A DNA stretch of 42,174 nt. It comes from a virus. The DNA is taken from IMG/VR virus record IMGVR_UViG_3300045988_054358, one strand, 5' to 3'. The translations under genes were made by a program, and so were the position numbers. Under the pieces are notes generated by a model. It was given only the letters and a program-made list of their open reading frames with translations. It was not told the DNA's origin and searched no databases. Each line of letters starts with the position of its first letter. Position 1 is the first letter of the stretch. Shown piece by piece: positions 1 to 8,660 of this stretch.

Positions 1-142
1 TAGGCATTACGGTAGCTTCTTCAATGAGTCTCTTAATGGGAATAGCTCGTGAAGAACTAGCATTACGGCTAAACATTCGGTGAGTCATAAACTCACTGTG
101 GATAAACCTAGGATAAATAAGCTCCAAGGTAGTAACCGTAAT
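1..142. repeat. Exact duplicate of 42033..42174 (window-end overlap of a circular or circularly permuted assembly)
   Basis: The first 142 nt are identical to the last 142 nt. The duplicated segment is the 5' coding part of the thyX-like gene, so it is not a genuine T7-type terminal repeat. Confidence 0.9.
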
Positions 143-246
143 GTTATTATAGGGGTTCTTAGTGGAGGCAATCACAGTTGCCATGCAGTTACCCACACGA
201 GTACTACTGGAGTTCTCAGTGTGATTCAATAAGTATTCATTCATTA

Positions 247-822
247 TTAATGCTCCACTTTACCAACAGAAATCCCCGTGTCTCCCTGATACTTCCCATT
301 ATAGACAGCACTAGGCTCTTCTCCAGTAAAGAAAAGAATCTGACAAATAGGCATTCCGGGATAAAGAGCAATATTACGAGTAGTCTTATTGAACAACTCA
401 AGGGTAATATTACCAGTCCAGTTAGGCTCAATCACCACAGAGGCTACATCAAGCCCAAGTCTAGAGAGAGTACTCTTGGGTTTCGTAATGCCAACAACAT
501 TAGTAGGCATCTTAATGAGTTCCAAGGTACTAATCAGGCATCGCCTCAAAGGCTTCAACAGGAATACCCCATCCTCAGGAATCGTAAAAGTACTATAAAG
601 AGAACTCAAGTCTTCCATTGTGGTGTTAATCGTGGGAACATCACGCTTGTTCTTCTCAGACAGGATCTTAACAGTATTATCCATTCTGAGATCATAACCA
701 AAACTTGATTCCCCAAAAGACATACCAAAGGCATGACTCTTAGTTACATGGGGTGTAATAATACCTGCTTTTGAAATCTGATAATCAGCCAATACGGTCA
801 TTAGTTTTTTCTCCTTTGTCAT
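247..822 (-). CDS. dcd: dCTP deaminase (dUTPase-superfamily Dcd-like)
   Basis: 191 aa. The C-terminal half (SRLGLDV...IEPNWTGNITLELFN...LYPGMPICQILF) matches the Dcd signature SxARxGL..IDPGWxGxIxLE..PGMxIxQLxF. Confidence 0.75.
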   Translation of the reverse strand: MTKEKKLMTVLADYQISKAGIITPHVTKSHAFGMSFGESSFGYDLRMDNTVKILSEKNKRDVPTINTTMEDLSSLYSTFTIPEDGVFLLKPLRRCLISTLELIKMPTNVVGITKPKSTLSRLGLDVASVVIEPNWTGNITLELFNKTTRNIALYPGMPICQILFFTGEEPSAVYNGKYQGDTGISVGKVEH

Positions 823-970
823 TCAAACTTTCAATATACTCTTCATATTCTGCTTCCCACAGAGACTTATCGACATCTTCCTTGTCTTCCTCATAGGGGT
901 CAATTAAGTCTTCATCATATGGATCAATTAAGTCTTTATCATTCTTTACAGGTACCTGAGTATTAGACAT
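785..970 (-). CDS. small acidic hypothetical protein (first in-frame ATG taken; the listed 785..1009 ORF begins on a non-ATG codon inside the tRNA)
   Basis: ORF track frame. Highly acidic C-terminus (DLIDPYDEDLIDPYEEDKED). The upstream part of the listed ORF overlaps the tRNA. Confidence 0.3.
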   Translation of the reverse strand: MSNTQVPVKNDKDLIDPYDEDLIDPYEEDKEDVDKSLWEAEYEEYIESLNDKGEKTNDRIG

Positions 971-1008
971 ATAAATAACACCAATATTAAATAAAATAAA
1001 TGGTACCA

Positions 1009-1085
1009 CTGGTGAGACTCGAACTCACATAATACAATTTAGAAGATTGTTTCTTTGTCCAATTAAGATACAGTGGTGTGACTTA
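1009..1085 (-). tRNA. tRNA-Arg (anticodon UCU, reads AGA), 77 nt with encoded CCA
   Basis: Folded by hand from the minus strand: acceptor ACCACUG/CAGUGGU, D-stem UCUU/AAGA with GG in the loop, anticodon stem ACAAU/AUUGU with loop CUUCUAA (U33, UCU at 34-36, A37), 5-nt variable loop, T-arm GUGAG-UUCGAGU-CUCAC, discriminator A, then CCA. Confidence 0.8.
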
Positions 1086-1111
1086 GGGTATATTTTGTAC
1101 CCCACCTTAAA

Positions 1112-1543
1112 CTATTTCTTCTCCTCCTCCTTAATAAGAGTATTCAAAGAATCAACCCTTAAGGATTCTCTTCGATATCCTTCAAGAGCCTGTTTAAGTA
1201 ATTCTGCACCTTCAAGGTTAAACTCTCTACATCTTTCGAGTGAGACTCTTGAAGGGTCTGAGGAATTGTTTGCTTTAAGTCGTTTGTTGTCTTGGGATAA
1301 CTGCCACAACCTACCAAGAGACTTGTCAAGATCAGACCTGAGGCTATTCCCTTCAGTGAGCAATAAGTTAATTGTTGCATCTTTTTTACTAGCATTTTCT
1401 TCAGCCTGCTTCTTAAGGTTGACAATGACAGTCTCTTGGTATTCTTTAACTGCCTTATCATAGCCACTACTATGACCCCACAAATAGGCTCCCAAGACAA
1501 TTAAAGAACTAAGGCCCAACATGATAGCCTTAGGGTTTAACAT
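1112..1543 (-). CDS. i-spanin (Rz-like): N-terminal TM segment plus periplasmic coiled coil
   Basis: Start moved to the ATG (MLNPKAIMLGLSSLIVLGAYLW...) that follows a GGAG SD, directly downstream of the phage promoter at 1573..1597. One TM segment, then a charged coiled-coil region. Sits right after the lysozyme gene. Confidence 0.55.
   Translation of the reverse strand: MLNPKAIMLGLSSLIVLGAYLWGHSSGYDKAVKEYQETVIVNLKKQAEENASKKDATINLLLTEGNSLRSDLDKSLGRLWQLSQDNKRLKANNSSDPSRVSLERCREFNLEGAELLKQALEGYRRESLRVDSLNTLIKEEEKK
1159..1380 (-). CDS. o-spanin (Rz1-like lipoprotein) embedded in another frame inside the Rz gene
   Basis: ORF 1159..1500 in an alternative frame lies wholly within Rz. It has a signal peptide with lipobox LLVGC (GIASGLILTSLLVGCGS). 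This is the classic embedded Rz/Rz1 arrangement. Confidence 0.45.
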   Translation of the reverse strand: MQQLTYCSLKGIASGLILTSLLVGCGSYPKTTNDLKQTIPQTLQESHSKDVESLTLKVQNYLNRLLKDIEENP

Positions 1544-1572
1544 ACTTTTCTCCAATAGTCGAAGACTAGTGT

Positions 1573-1597
1573 CTTCTCCCGAAATGTGTAACCTAAT
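1573..1597 (-). promoter_or_regulatory. phage-RNAP promoter (minus-sense ATTAGGTTACACATTTCGGGAGAAG), followed by 5' hairpin GAAGAC-ACUA-GUCUUC
   Basis: One of five copies of a conserved 23-25 bp motif that resembles SP6/K11-type promoters. The initially transcribed sequence forms a hairpin, then GGAG SD, then the Rz ATG. Confidence 0.6.
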
Positions 1598-2069
1598 GGG
1601 TATTCTGAGCGTACCAAGGGATGACATCAAAACAAGGACAAGCCTTATTGACACCAAAGTCCCTATGGCCTAACACAGTGGGTTTCTCAGAGGCATAGAC
1701 ATCCTTCTGTAACCACTCAAGAAGTTTCAAAAGGCTATCCTTCTGAGCCTTCGTAAAGTTATCCATAGGAACACCCTTAAGGTTAGTTCCTCCAATAAGG
1801 CAGATGCCCACAGACTCCTCATTGTGACCCTTAACGTGGGCGCCAATGGTATCTAAAGGTCTACCTTCCTCAATAGTTCCATCGGTGCGGATCACAAAAT
1901 GATACCCAATGCAAATCCATCCTTTCTGTCTGTGCATTCTGTCGATAGTCTTCCAGTCAAAATCAGGACTGTTAACTGTAGCACTACAATGAACTACCAA
2001 GTATTTAGTTCTAGGTCTCTTCTTAAGAGACACAAAGAGCTTATTAGATTTAATCGTAGGTTTTTCCAT
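1593..2069 (-). CDS. N-acetylmuramoyl-L-alanine amidase (T7 gp3.5 lysozyme-like)
   Basis: 158 aa. VVHCSAT...GYHFVI..DGT..GR.....GAHVKG.N..S.G.CL.GG....F...Q...L...CP.FD aligns along its length with T7 lysozyme. Confidence 0.9.
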   Translation of the reverse strand: MEKPTIKSNKLFVSLKKRPRTKYLVVHCSATVNSPDFDWKTIDRMHRQKGWICIGYHFVIRTDGTIEEGRPLDTIGAHVKGHNEESVGICLIGGTNLKGVPMDNFTKAQKDSLLKLLEWLQKDVYASEKPTVLGHRDFGVNKACPCFDVIPWYAQNTH

Positions 2070-2094
2070 ATATACAACACTTACTTATTATTTC

Positions 2095-2544
2095 TCAATG
2101 ACTCATAAGAACCCCCTTAGGGATTCTCTTTTTAGGTTCCTTAAACCACTCTTCAGGAATCAATTTGTCTGCATATTTGATTCCATTGGCTTCACAGAAA
2201 GAAGCATAGGTAGTCTTAGAGCCTTTATAAATAGGTGACTTACTGCGAGAGAACACAAACCTAATATCAAGATCAGGATGTTGAGACTTAATAAGTAAAT
2301 GTTTCTTCCTGTCTTCTGAATCCCAAACACCCTTAGACTCAATAATGATCCCATTAGGTAAAATAAAATCAGGGGTGTACTTATGCTCAGAAGCAGGTAC
2401 AGTATACTTCAAATAATGAAGCTCATAAAGTCCATCAATGTTGTGGTCTCGAAGTTGATTATTAATCTTTTCTTCGAGACCACTGCGATATGTGCTCTTG
2501 CAGTGTCTCTTAAATTTACTATAAGCGGCACTGCGAGTAGTCAT
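2095..2544 (-). CDS. endonuclease I (T7 gp3 Holliday-junction resolvase)
   Basis: 149 aa. YTPDFILPNGIIIESKG.W.S.DRKKHLLI..QHP.LDIR.VF......YKGS.T.Y..FC...GIK.ADKLIP.EW.KEPKK is near-identical in pattern to T7 gp3. Confidence 0.9.
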   Translation of the reverse strand: MTTRSAAYSKFKRHCKSTYRSGLEEKINNQLRDHNIDGLYELHYLKYTVPASEHKYTPDFILPNGIIIESKGVWDSEDRKKHLLIKSQHPDLDIRFVFSRSKSPIYKGSKTTYASFCEANGIKYADKLIPEEWFKEPKKRIPKGVLMSH

Positions 2545-2973
2545 TTAGTATTTCCCATGTGCAATGAGAGGTTTAACCCAAATGTGACCCTTGTCAATGG
2601 CATCCTGAGTAAACCATTCAGGTCTCTCCTCACAATACTCACTAAAAGCCCAGTCATCAGCACAGTTAGCAGAAACACACTTGAGTCCACTAAGGTAGGC
2701 TACACGACGCTCACATGCGTTATTGCTATGATAGAGCTTATTGGGATCAGTAGTCCATACCCCCACGACAAAATCCTCATAGTCGTATGAATCCCAATAG
2801 TACTCTTCAGCATCCTTAAGGTTAACCCAAAAGTCCCCAAGGGACTTCAGCTTAGAGGCATCTCTAGCACAATCTGCAAAACATTCAGGCTTAATACTAT
2901 TGAGCATCTTATAGAGATAATCAAATTTTTCTTCGTCGGAAAAATCTTCAAAGTCAATATCAGTGTCTCTCAT
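2545..2973 (-). CDS. hypothetical protein (acidic, Cys-rich; T7 gene 2.8 position)
   Basis: ORF 2545..3093 trimmed to the ATG just after the SSB stop. No recognisable motif. Confidence 0.35.
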   Translation of the reverse strand: MRDTDIDFEDFSDEEKFDYLYKMLNSIKPECFADCARDASKLKSLGDFWVNLKDAEEYYWDSYDYEDFVVGVWTTDPNKLYHSNNACERRVAYLSGLKCVSANCADDWAFSEYCEERPEWFTQDAIDKGHIWVKPLIAHGKY

Positions 2974-2974
2974 A

Positions 2975-3598
2975 TTAGTAATCTCCATTGTTAGCATCTT
3001 CAGAACTACCATAGGATTCCTCAAAGGGAGGATCCTCGTCTGCATCCTTGGCTTCGTAACCTTCTTCCTCATCGAAGCCATAAGACTCAGCATTACCCGC
3101 AGAGTATTCTACCAGTTCAATAACCTGAACTGCAACAAGGCGAAGACTCAGGCCAACACCCTTATTGGTAGCATTGAAATAAGGGGCTACAGTAAAGGAC
3201 ACCCGACACACACTACCATTACCCAACTTGATGGATTCAGTAATGGGCTTACCCTTAGCATCAAACAAGGGAATCTTAACCTCAGAGGTAGTACCGTCCT
3301 TCCGCTTGATAATCTTGTTCTGTTTGAACTTAAAGACAAGATGCTTGCCGTCTTCAGATTCTTCAAAGAAAGGAATCTTATTGAGCTTCTTATTCTTTTC
3401 CTTGGAGAGAGTCTCATGTTCCTTATCAAGGATTACTGTAAGCTTCTCCACCAGCTCCGTAGTCTTAGGATCATCCTGAAAGCACTCAAGCTGAATATGA
3501 TACACACCTTCTTTAACAAAAGCAGTATCAGCAGTAATAACCCACGGATACATAGCGATACCCTTAGGGGAAACATATCGAACAATTTTCGTAGCCAT
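2975..3598 (-). CDS. single-stranded DNA-binding protein (T7 gp2.5-like)
   Basis: 207 aa. It has an acidic C-terminal tail ending in an aromatic residue (EDANNGDY). Overall similarity to gp2.5 (FKFK, KIPLFD region) and its position after RNAP. Confidence 0.8.
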   Translation of the reverse strand: MATKIVRYVSPKGIAMYPWVITADTAFVKEGVYHIQLECFQDDPKTTELVEKLTVILDKEHETLSKEKNKKLNKIPFFEESEDGKHLVFKFKQNKIIKRKDGTTSEVKIPLFDAKGKPITESIKLGNGSVCRVSFTVAPYFNATNKGVGLSLRLVAVQVIELVEYSAGNAESYGFDEEEGYEAKDADEDPPFEESYGSSEDANNGDY

Positions 3599-3618
3599 TT
3601 TAATTTAACTCCTAGAAA

Positions 3619-4164
3619 TTAATACAAATCTTTTTTATTGATACAAAGTTTATGAGTAATAAATGGATTGTCTTCATCCTTCACCCGAAGGACAATATAG
3701 TCATCTCCATCGTTTAACTGTCTGTTCCATTCCTTAATCAATTCAACTGCCCTTTCTGCACCACCTTCAAGATCAGTATTATAGAAGATAAAGTCATTAA
3801 AAGCAAGAAGGGCGTCCTCCTTAGCATTCGGATAGAACTTCTTCAGAGTATTCAGAGACAACTCATTAGTTACTGGAAGGGGCTTCTTAAGAACATACTC
3901 AGGCTTCAGAAGACAAGTAACAACAAGCCCCCCATTTTTACTGATGATACTAAAGAAATCCAAAGGTTTAGAAGAATGCTCATTCAGAACCTTAAGAAGT
4001 TCATATTCATGATCCAGTCGGTTCAGAAATGAGGTAAAAGTAGGATAATCTCTGCACCCTGCAAAGAAGTCTGCTACATCATCGGCGTTAACAAAGACTG
4101 TAGCAAAAGCCCCCGCATAGGTTGTATAGGAACGAGGAATGGCATCACTGAGTTTTTTGGTCAT
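3619..4164 (-). CDS. hypothetical protein
   Basis: 181 aa from MTKKL. The GGAG SD lies inside the alternative upstream MENIM codons. It is the first gene after the promoter at 4203..4227. Confidence 0.4.
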   Translation of the reverse strand: MTKKLSDAIPRSYTTYAGAFATVFVNADDVADFFAGCRDYPTFTSFLNRLDHEYELLKVLNEHSSKPLDFFSIISKNGGLVVTCLLKPEYVLKKPLPVTNELSLNTLKKFYPNAKEDALLAFNDFIFYNTDLEGGAERAVELIKEWNRQLNDGDDYIVLRVKDEDNPFITHKLCINKKDLY

Positions 4165-4202
4165 AATATTCTCCAAAATTAAAAACTAGAGAAGACTAGT
4201 AT

Positions 4203-4227
4203 CTTCTCCGAAATGTGTAACCTAACT
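4203..4227 (-). promoter_or_regulatory. phage-RNAP promoter (TTAGGTTACACATTTCGGAGAAGAT) plus 5' hairpin GAGAAGA-UACUAG-UCUUCUC
   Basis: Consensus copy. The transcript 5' end would fold into a 7-bp hairpin, then SD GGAG and an ATG. Confidence 0.6.
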
Positions 4228-4231
4228 AAAG

Positions 4232-6838
4232 TCATGCGAAAGCATATGCAGACTCCTTAACAAGATCAAGATTTAAAGTTCCCTTAGAGGGTACCTCAGG
4301 TAACTCCTTAGCTGACTCATCAGGTAACATATTTAAGACATGGTCATGAAGGTCCTGAAGGACATCATTATTTTTGTAGGTATCCACAAAGACCTCTCGG
4401 ACAGTCTTAAAGAGTACTCCCGCATTCCCCGCATGGGTACCATAAGAGTCATGGATCATTGCAAACGAATGAATACCCTTAGACACACAAGCATTCACAG
4501 TAAGCATCAGATGAGAGGCATCCATAGAGTGAACAAAGTTAGGTGCAATACCCTGTCTCTGTTTTCTCTTGTCTATCGTACCCGGCACATCTTTCCCAAT
4601 GAGGGGAGCAAAGATTTTAGTAGTCTTCTCTCTAGTATCTCCCGTGGTATCCTCACAGTTAAACATAACAGAAGTGCCCATGGCTAACTTAACTCGCTTC
4701 ATCTCTGTCTTGTGGTATTCTTGTTTTACAGGGAATCCAGCAGGGGTAACCCAATAGGTAGGCAAAGCATTACCCATGGTATCAGTCTGAGATGCCAACA
4801 ACCCTGAGGCATCCTGAAGCCATGTCATAGCCTCTACAGCCTTAACTACAACCTTCTGAACAGAATCCCAAATGAGTTTAGCCATATAGGATGACGCTTG
4901 TTTAGGCTTAGAGAATGCCAAAGGGTTATCCAATACAGCAGGCATGACAGTATCCTCATAGACCTGCTCAGAGAACCCATATTGTTTAGACCCATAGCAA
5001 AGAGTCATGACAGAACGCTTAGTTACCTTACGGGTAACCCCATGTTTCAACCATTCGGTAGCTAAAGACTGCGTACCCTTCTTAAGATACTCTGCCTTAC
5101 TCTTAGGGTCTACTACATAGGCATCATCTGTGCCATTCTTAGCATCCTCCTTAAGAATCTCATTAACCTTCTCAGCGACAATACCATAGATATCATGTAC
5201 CTTAGTATCAGGCACAAGGTTTACAGCAGTAGCACCTACCTCATCTCTGAGCATAGCCGAGTAATGCTGAAGTCCTGAACATGATCCATCGAAGGCTACA
5301 GCAATATGGGACTTATATGTAGTACCTTGCTTGAGATATTCAGCCCATTCAAAACAGAAACTCAAGAACTCCCAAGGTTCATCAGCAGTAGTCCAGTCGA
5401 GATTACTCAAAGGATCCTCAGCAATTCTAGAGATCATCTCAGGATTTTCATAGACCCAAAACAGTCTCTCCTCTAAGGGTTTCTTATCAAGACCCCAACA
5501 GTTAGCACCATGGAAGGCTAGCCATTTAGCCCCATCCTCACCAAGTTCAACCCCTTCAGCAAACTCTAAGAGTCCCTTAGTGAAGTCATTACCCTGAGGA
5601 CTCAAAAGGGTCATAGGATAGACACGACCCCTAAAGTCAATACTGTGAGGGAAATAAATCTTATCTTCTTGGAGGTAGGTTTTGGCTTGCTCCATAACCA
5701 TATCAACCAACAGACGCTTACCCTTTCGAGTGTTATCAAGCTGATAATAACGCATCATGTCCTTTCGCCATTTCTTTTGGACTTCAGGATTAGTATCAGC
5801 ATCGACAGGCCTAATGGGCTTCTCAGGTGCCTCCTTAGTGGGCATATCAAGGGCATCAGGTGTATTAGTCCATCCTGAGATTTCTTCAGCTACTCTATAG
5901 ACTCTCTTATTAATCCTCCATGCTGTGGACTGGATAGCATTAACTGCGCCATAGACCGCAGGCATATCAACATCCATGTAGAAATCTAATGAATGCTTAT
6001 TAACCTTGATGAATGAGTCATCCTTCTGTAACTTTAAGAGATACCCGCCATCGACCGGAGAAGTCCAGTCGAGGGGTTTAATTAACATAGGTCTCTTAAA
6101 ATACATGAAAGAAGCCATTTCTTCATCTGTCTTTTCAAGATACTCCATAATATAAGAATCTACATGCAACATATATGTAAACCCTTTCTTATTGGATACC
6201 TTTACTAATCTAGCTAATCCAGTAGCCTCAATAAATAACTCAACAAGTTTTAATCCTAGACGGACTAAATCAGAATCTTGTAGTTTTTCCTCAGGGGCTA
6301 AAAGATTATCTTCAATAAGTTTATTTGCTACTGCACTATAAAATGCTTTCTTATATGTTTCCCCTATGCGTTTATCAGCGGATACCTGAGTATATTTAGG
6401 GGCAACATCTAATATTTTCTTTACACGGATTTCTTCTCTTACCTTTTTGCCTATACCTTTAGAGATACTGACAAGAGTTAACCCCGTCATATTCTTAAAA
6501 GATGCGGCCAAAATAGCCCTAAGAGTAATTAAAGACAACTCATCATCAGATAACCCTTCCATAAAGACAACAGTAGAGTTTTTCCTACCGGTTTTCCCTG
6601 AGATAGCCTCCTTTCTAAATTCATGTACCTTTTTAACCATAGGGGCCATGGCTTCACTCATAAGCCGATAACCAGCCCCCATAATATTACCCTCAGATTT
6701 AGCCTTATTAAGGTTAGACATAAATCTATTAAATGCAATAGTCTTAGATTCTAACTCTAAGGCTATCTCCCGGTCTACTATGGTTTTATTCCCATAGTAA
6801 TCGTAAAGGTCATCTAAGGATTTCTTAAACTGTTCCAT
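4232..6838 (-). CDS. DNA-directed RNA polymerase, single-subunit T7-type
   Basis: 868 aa. Motifs DFRGR, PQGND, HGANC.G.DK, FDGSCSG.QH.SA.LRDEVG, TRKV.KRSVMTL.YGS, IHDS.GT and a C-terminal FAFA, as in T7 RNAP. Confidence 0.97.
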   Translation of the reverse strand: MEQFKKSLDDLYDYYGNKTIVDREIALELESKTIAFNRFMSNLNKAKSEGNIMGAGYRLMSEAMAPMVKKVHEFRKEAISGKTGRKNSTVVFMEGLSDDELSLITLRAILAASFKNMTGLTLVSISKGIGKKVREEIRVKKILDVAPKYTQVSADKRIGETYKKAFYSAVANKLIEDNLLAPEEKLQDSDLVRLGLKLVELFIEATGLARLVKVSNKKGFTYMLHVDSYIMEYLEKTDEEMASFMYFKRPMLIKPLDWTSPVDGGYLLKLQKDDSFIKVNKHSLDFYMDVDMPAVYGAVNAIQSTAWRINKRVYRVAEEISGWTNTPDALDMPTKEAPEKPIRPVDADTNPEVQKKWRKDMMRYYQLDNTRKGKRLLVDMVMEQAKTYLQEDKIYFPHSIDFRGRVYPMTLLSPQGNDFTKGLLEFAEGVELGEDGAKWLAFHGANCWGLDKKPLEERLFWVYENPEMISRIAEDPLSNLDWTTADEPWEFLSFCFEWAEYLKQGTTYKSHIAVAFDGSCSGLQHYSAMLRDEVGATAVNLVPDTKVHDIYGIVAEKVNEILKEDAKNGTDDAYVVDPKSKAEYLKKGTQSLATEWLKHGVTRKVTKRSVMTLCYGSKQYGFSEQVYEDTVMPAVLDNPLAFSKPKQASSYMAKLIWDSVQKVVVKAVEAMTWLQDASGLLASQTDTMGNALPTYWVTPAGFPVKQEYHKTEMKRVKLAMGTSVMFNCEDTTGDTREKTTKIFAPLIGKDVPGTIDKRKQRQGIAPNFVHSMDASHLMLTVNACVSKGIHSFAMIHDSYGTHAGNAGVLFKTVREVFVDTYKNNDVLQDLHDHVLNMLPDESAKELPEVPSKGTLNLDLVKESAYAFA

Positions 6839-6982
6839 CTTGAATTTATCCTTATAAGATATATTAAATAAGATATACTATAAAGATTATTATCTTAAGT
6901 ATATCCCCTAAAGATTACTTAAAGATACCCTATGGCCCCTTTTAGGACATCTTTAGGTAGCCTATAGGTGCTACCTTCTGTC

Positions 6983-7006
6983 TTCTCCGAAATGTGTAAC
7001 CTAATA
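6983..7006 (-). promoter_or_regulatory. phage-RNAP promoter (ATTAGGTTACACATTTCGGAGAAGACAG) upstream of the RNAP gene
   Basis: Consensus copy, followed by a hairpin GGUAGCACCUAUAGGCUACC. Confidence 0.55.
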
Positions 7007-7025
7007 GGGTAAAACCCTAATATCC

Positions 7026-7295
7026 CTAGTCTAAGTTATTGTTTGCCTTAAAGATTTTGAAGCACTCAGCGATAGACTTCAAGGGGTATGCTTCAAGAGT
7101 ATACAAGAGATCTAAATACCATGTTGCTTTACGTCTGTCTTCTTCTTCTTGTCCCTTATAAGGTGCCCTGAGAGAATACTTAAGGATATTACCTTTTAGA
7201 AAACCTTTAAACTCCTCCCGGGTAAAACTAAGACACATATATTCAATAGGCTCAATTACAGCTTTAGAATAGTGCTTATCTTGTTCAATAATCAT
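7026..7295 (-). CDS. DUF3310-like protein related to the C-terminal domain of T7 gp1.7 nucleotide kinase
   Basis: 89 aa. FKGFLKGNILKYSLRAPYKG..EDRRKATWYLDLL matches T7 gp1.7 FKGYCFGNILKYRLRAGKKSELAYLEKDL. Confidence 0.5.
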   Translation of the reverse strand: MIIEQDKHYSKAVIEPIEYMCLSFTREEFKGFLKGNILKYSLRAPYKGQEEEDRRKATWYLDLLYTLEAYPLKSIAECFKIFKANNNLD

Positions 7296-7454
7296 GTTAA
7301 AACTCCTTATTGTTATTGTTACTGGAACCTATAGATTTCACTGTCAGTTAACCCCGAGGGATCATCATCACATAGTAGCGTGATGTATTTCTCAGGGATA
7401 GACATGACTGTCTCTAAAGTATCCATAAAGCACCCCCGTAAAGGCCCTAAAAGC

Positions 7455-7495
7455 CTCTATATTGACCGTTGTGAGGGTTACCCTAGTGTACCCAT
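7455..7495 (-). promoter_or_regulatory. intergenic stem-loop (GGGUUACC-14 nt-GGUAACCC), candidate RNase III processing site or attenuator
   Basis: Perfect 8-bp inverted repeat in the 236-nt gap between early ORFs. No U-tract follows. Confidence 0.35.
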
Positions 7496-7532
7496 TAGGT
7501 AACCCCCTGCATAGCCCTATAGCCCCTTATTT

Positions 7533-7895
7533 TTATTTCTTTACGTAAAGCACTGGATAGACATTACAGGCATACCCAAAGGATGGGTTCCAACAGAATG
7601 CGGGGGATGGATCAGGATCAATTTCATACTCATATTCCCCATCACCTTGATTATCGCAGTCCCATCGAATAAAGTTAAAATCATCAGGTTCAAAACCTTT
7701 CTTAATCATCTTAATTTCATACTTAATGATTTGTTTAACATCTTCGGGTGTTAATTCCGTTGTATGATTATAATCTAAATACCCCATAATATAATAAAGT
7801 GCCCATTCAGGGATATACTGGACGTCCCAGTCCTTAAAAGAATCTAATTCTTCCTTAGTGATGCCCCGTTCATTATCTTCGTTGAGTTTCAACAT
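7533..7895 (-). CDS. early hypothetical protein (acidic)
   Basis: 120-aa ORF co-oriented with the early block. Confidence 0.4.
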   Translation of the reverse strand: MLKLNEDNERGITKEELDSFKDWDVQYIPEWALYYIMGYLDYNHTTELTPEDVKQIIKYEIKMIKKGFEPDDFNFIRWDCDNQGDGEYEYEIDPDPSPAFCWNPSFGYACNVYPVLYVKK

Positions 7896-7939
7896 AATAT
7901 AAACTCCTTATTAAATTTAATATGTCTACTGTCGTAGAA

Positions 7940-8149
7940 TTAGTGATTAACCTTAATGATAGCCTCGATATTGTCACCGAGTAATGCCCGAGCAGTCTCA
8001 GTATGCTTTTTAAGTAACTTTAATGGGATTGTGTTTTGGTAGGTATACCCAAAGACTAATGAGCCATTAACACAATATAAGACAGACACACTATTAGGAT
8101 ATTTAGTAGCCTCAGATTCATCTCTAAAGGTATTCAAAAGGTATTTCAT
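7940..8149 (-). CDS. early hypothetical protein
   Basis: 69-aa ORF preceded by the repeated UTR element and an AAGGGGG SD. Confidence 0.35.
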   Translation of the reverse strand: MKYLLNTFRDESEATKYPNSVSVLYCVNGSLVFGYTYQNTIPLKLLKKHTETARALLGDNIEAIIKVNH

Positions 8150-8164
8150 AATGCCCCCTTTGGG

Positions 8165-8225
8165 TTAGTTAATTAAGTGAATATATTGGTATCCCCTGAG
8201 ATTACAAGGGATACTATATATTTAC
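8165..8225 (-). promoter_or_regulatory. repeated early 5'-UTR hairpin element, copy A (GUAUCCC...GGGAUAC), putative RNase III site
   Basis: About 90 nt, homologous to 9425..9515. Contains the inverted repeat TATCCCCTGA...AGGGATA. Confidence 0.45.
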
Positions 8226-8233
8226 TCTAGTCC

Positions 8234-8596
8234 TTACAAACAATTATACACTACTGTTTCACCCTTTTCATTAGTGTAGTCTACTGTAATAATACCATTA
8301 AGCACCTTCACGATATTAGCCCTTTCCATAAAGTCCTTGAGATTCCTAAAGAGTTTATATTTATGGATTAAATCCAATACGGTATCTAACATATGTGTCT
8401 CATCTAGGAAAGCTTTCATATGCTTGCCGGTGGTGACACTCCAATAATGAGAATTCATCTCAAGAGTTTCACCATAGCTACCCTCAAAAGACTGCGTAAG
8501 GGTAGCCATAAGGGTATCATAAGATTGAAAATATACTGCATCAGCATGGTAGGTGATGAATTGATTCTTATGACCCAAAAGATTAAATACTTTCAT
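8234..8596 (-). CDS. early hypothetical protein
   Basis: 120-aa ORF. Confidence 0.4.
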   Translation of the reverse strand: MKVFNLLGHKNQFITYHADAVYFQSYDTLMATLTQSFEGSYGETLEMNSHYWSVTTGKHMKAFLDETHMLDTVLDLIHKYKLFRNLKDFMERANIVKVLNGIITVDYTNEKGETVVYNCL

Positions 8597-8660
8597 GATA
8601 TTCCCCTAATAAAGAGATATTTAATTAAAAGACAATCGAATTATAACACACAAAGTTAAA

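Noticed and set aside
1-142. The window-end duplication as a genuine direct terminal repeat
   Set aside because: It lies inside the thyX coding sequence, whereas T7-type terminal repeats are non-coding and flanked by short repeat arrays. The plausible true ends are in 9.9-10.5 kb.
178-822. Plus-strand ORFs 178..708 and 389..598, and many others elsewhere (2963..3622, 12058..12564, 14917..15297, 21419..21832, 21980..22375, 30914..31600, 41543..41944 and more)
   Set aside because: Every one lies antisense to, and wholly inside, a minus-strand gene with strong homology. They are shadow ORFs of a genome transcribed almost entirely from one strand.
1543-1657. Longer Rz start at 1657 overlapping the lysozyme gene by 65 nt
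   Set aside because: The phage promoter, 5' hairpin and GGAG SD all sit immediately before the ATG at 1543, and the upstream extension has no SD.
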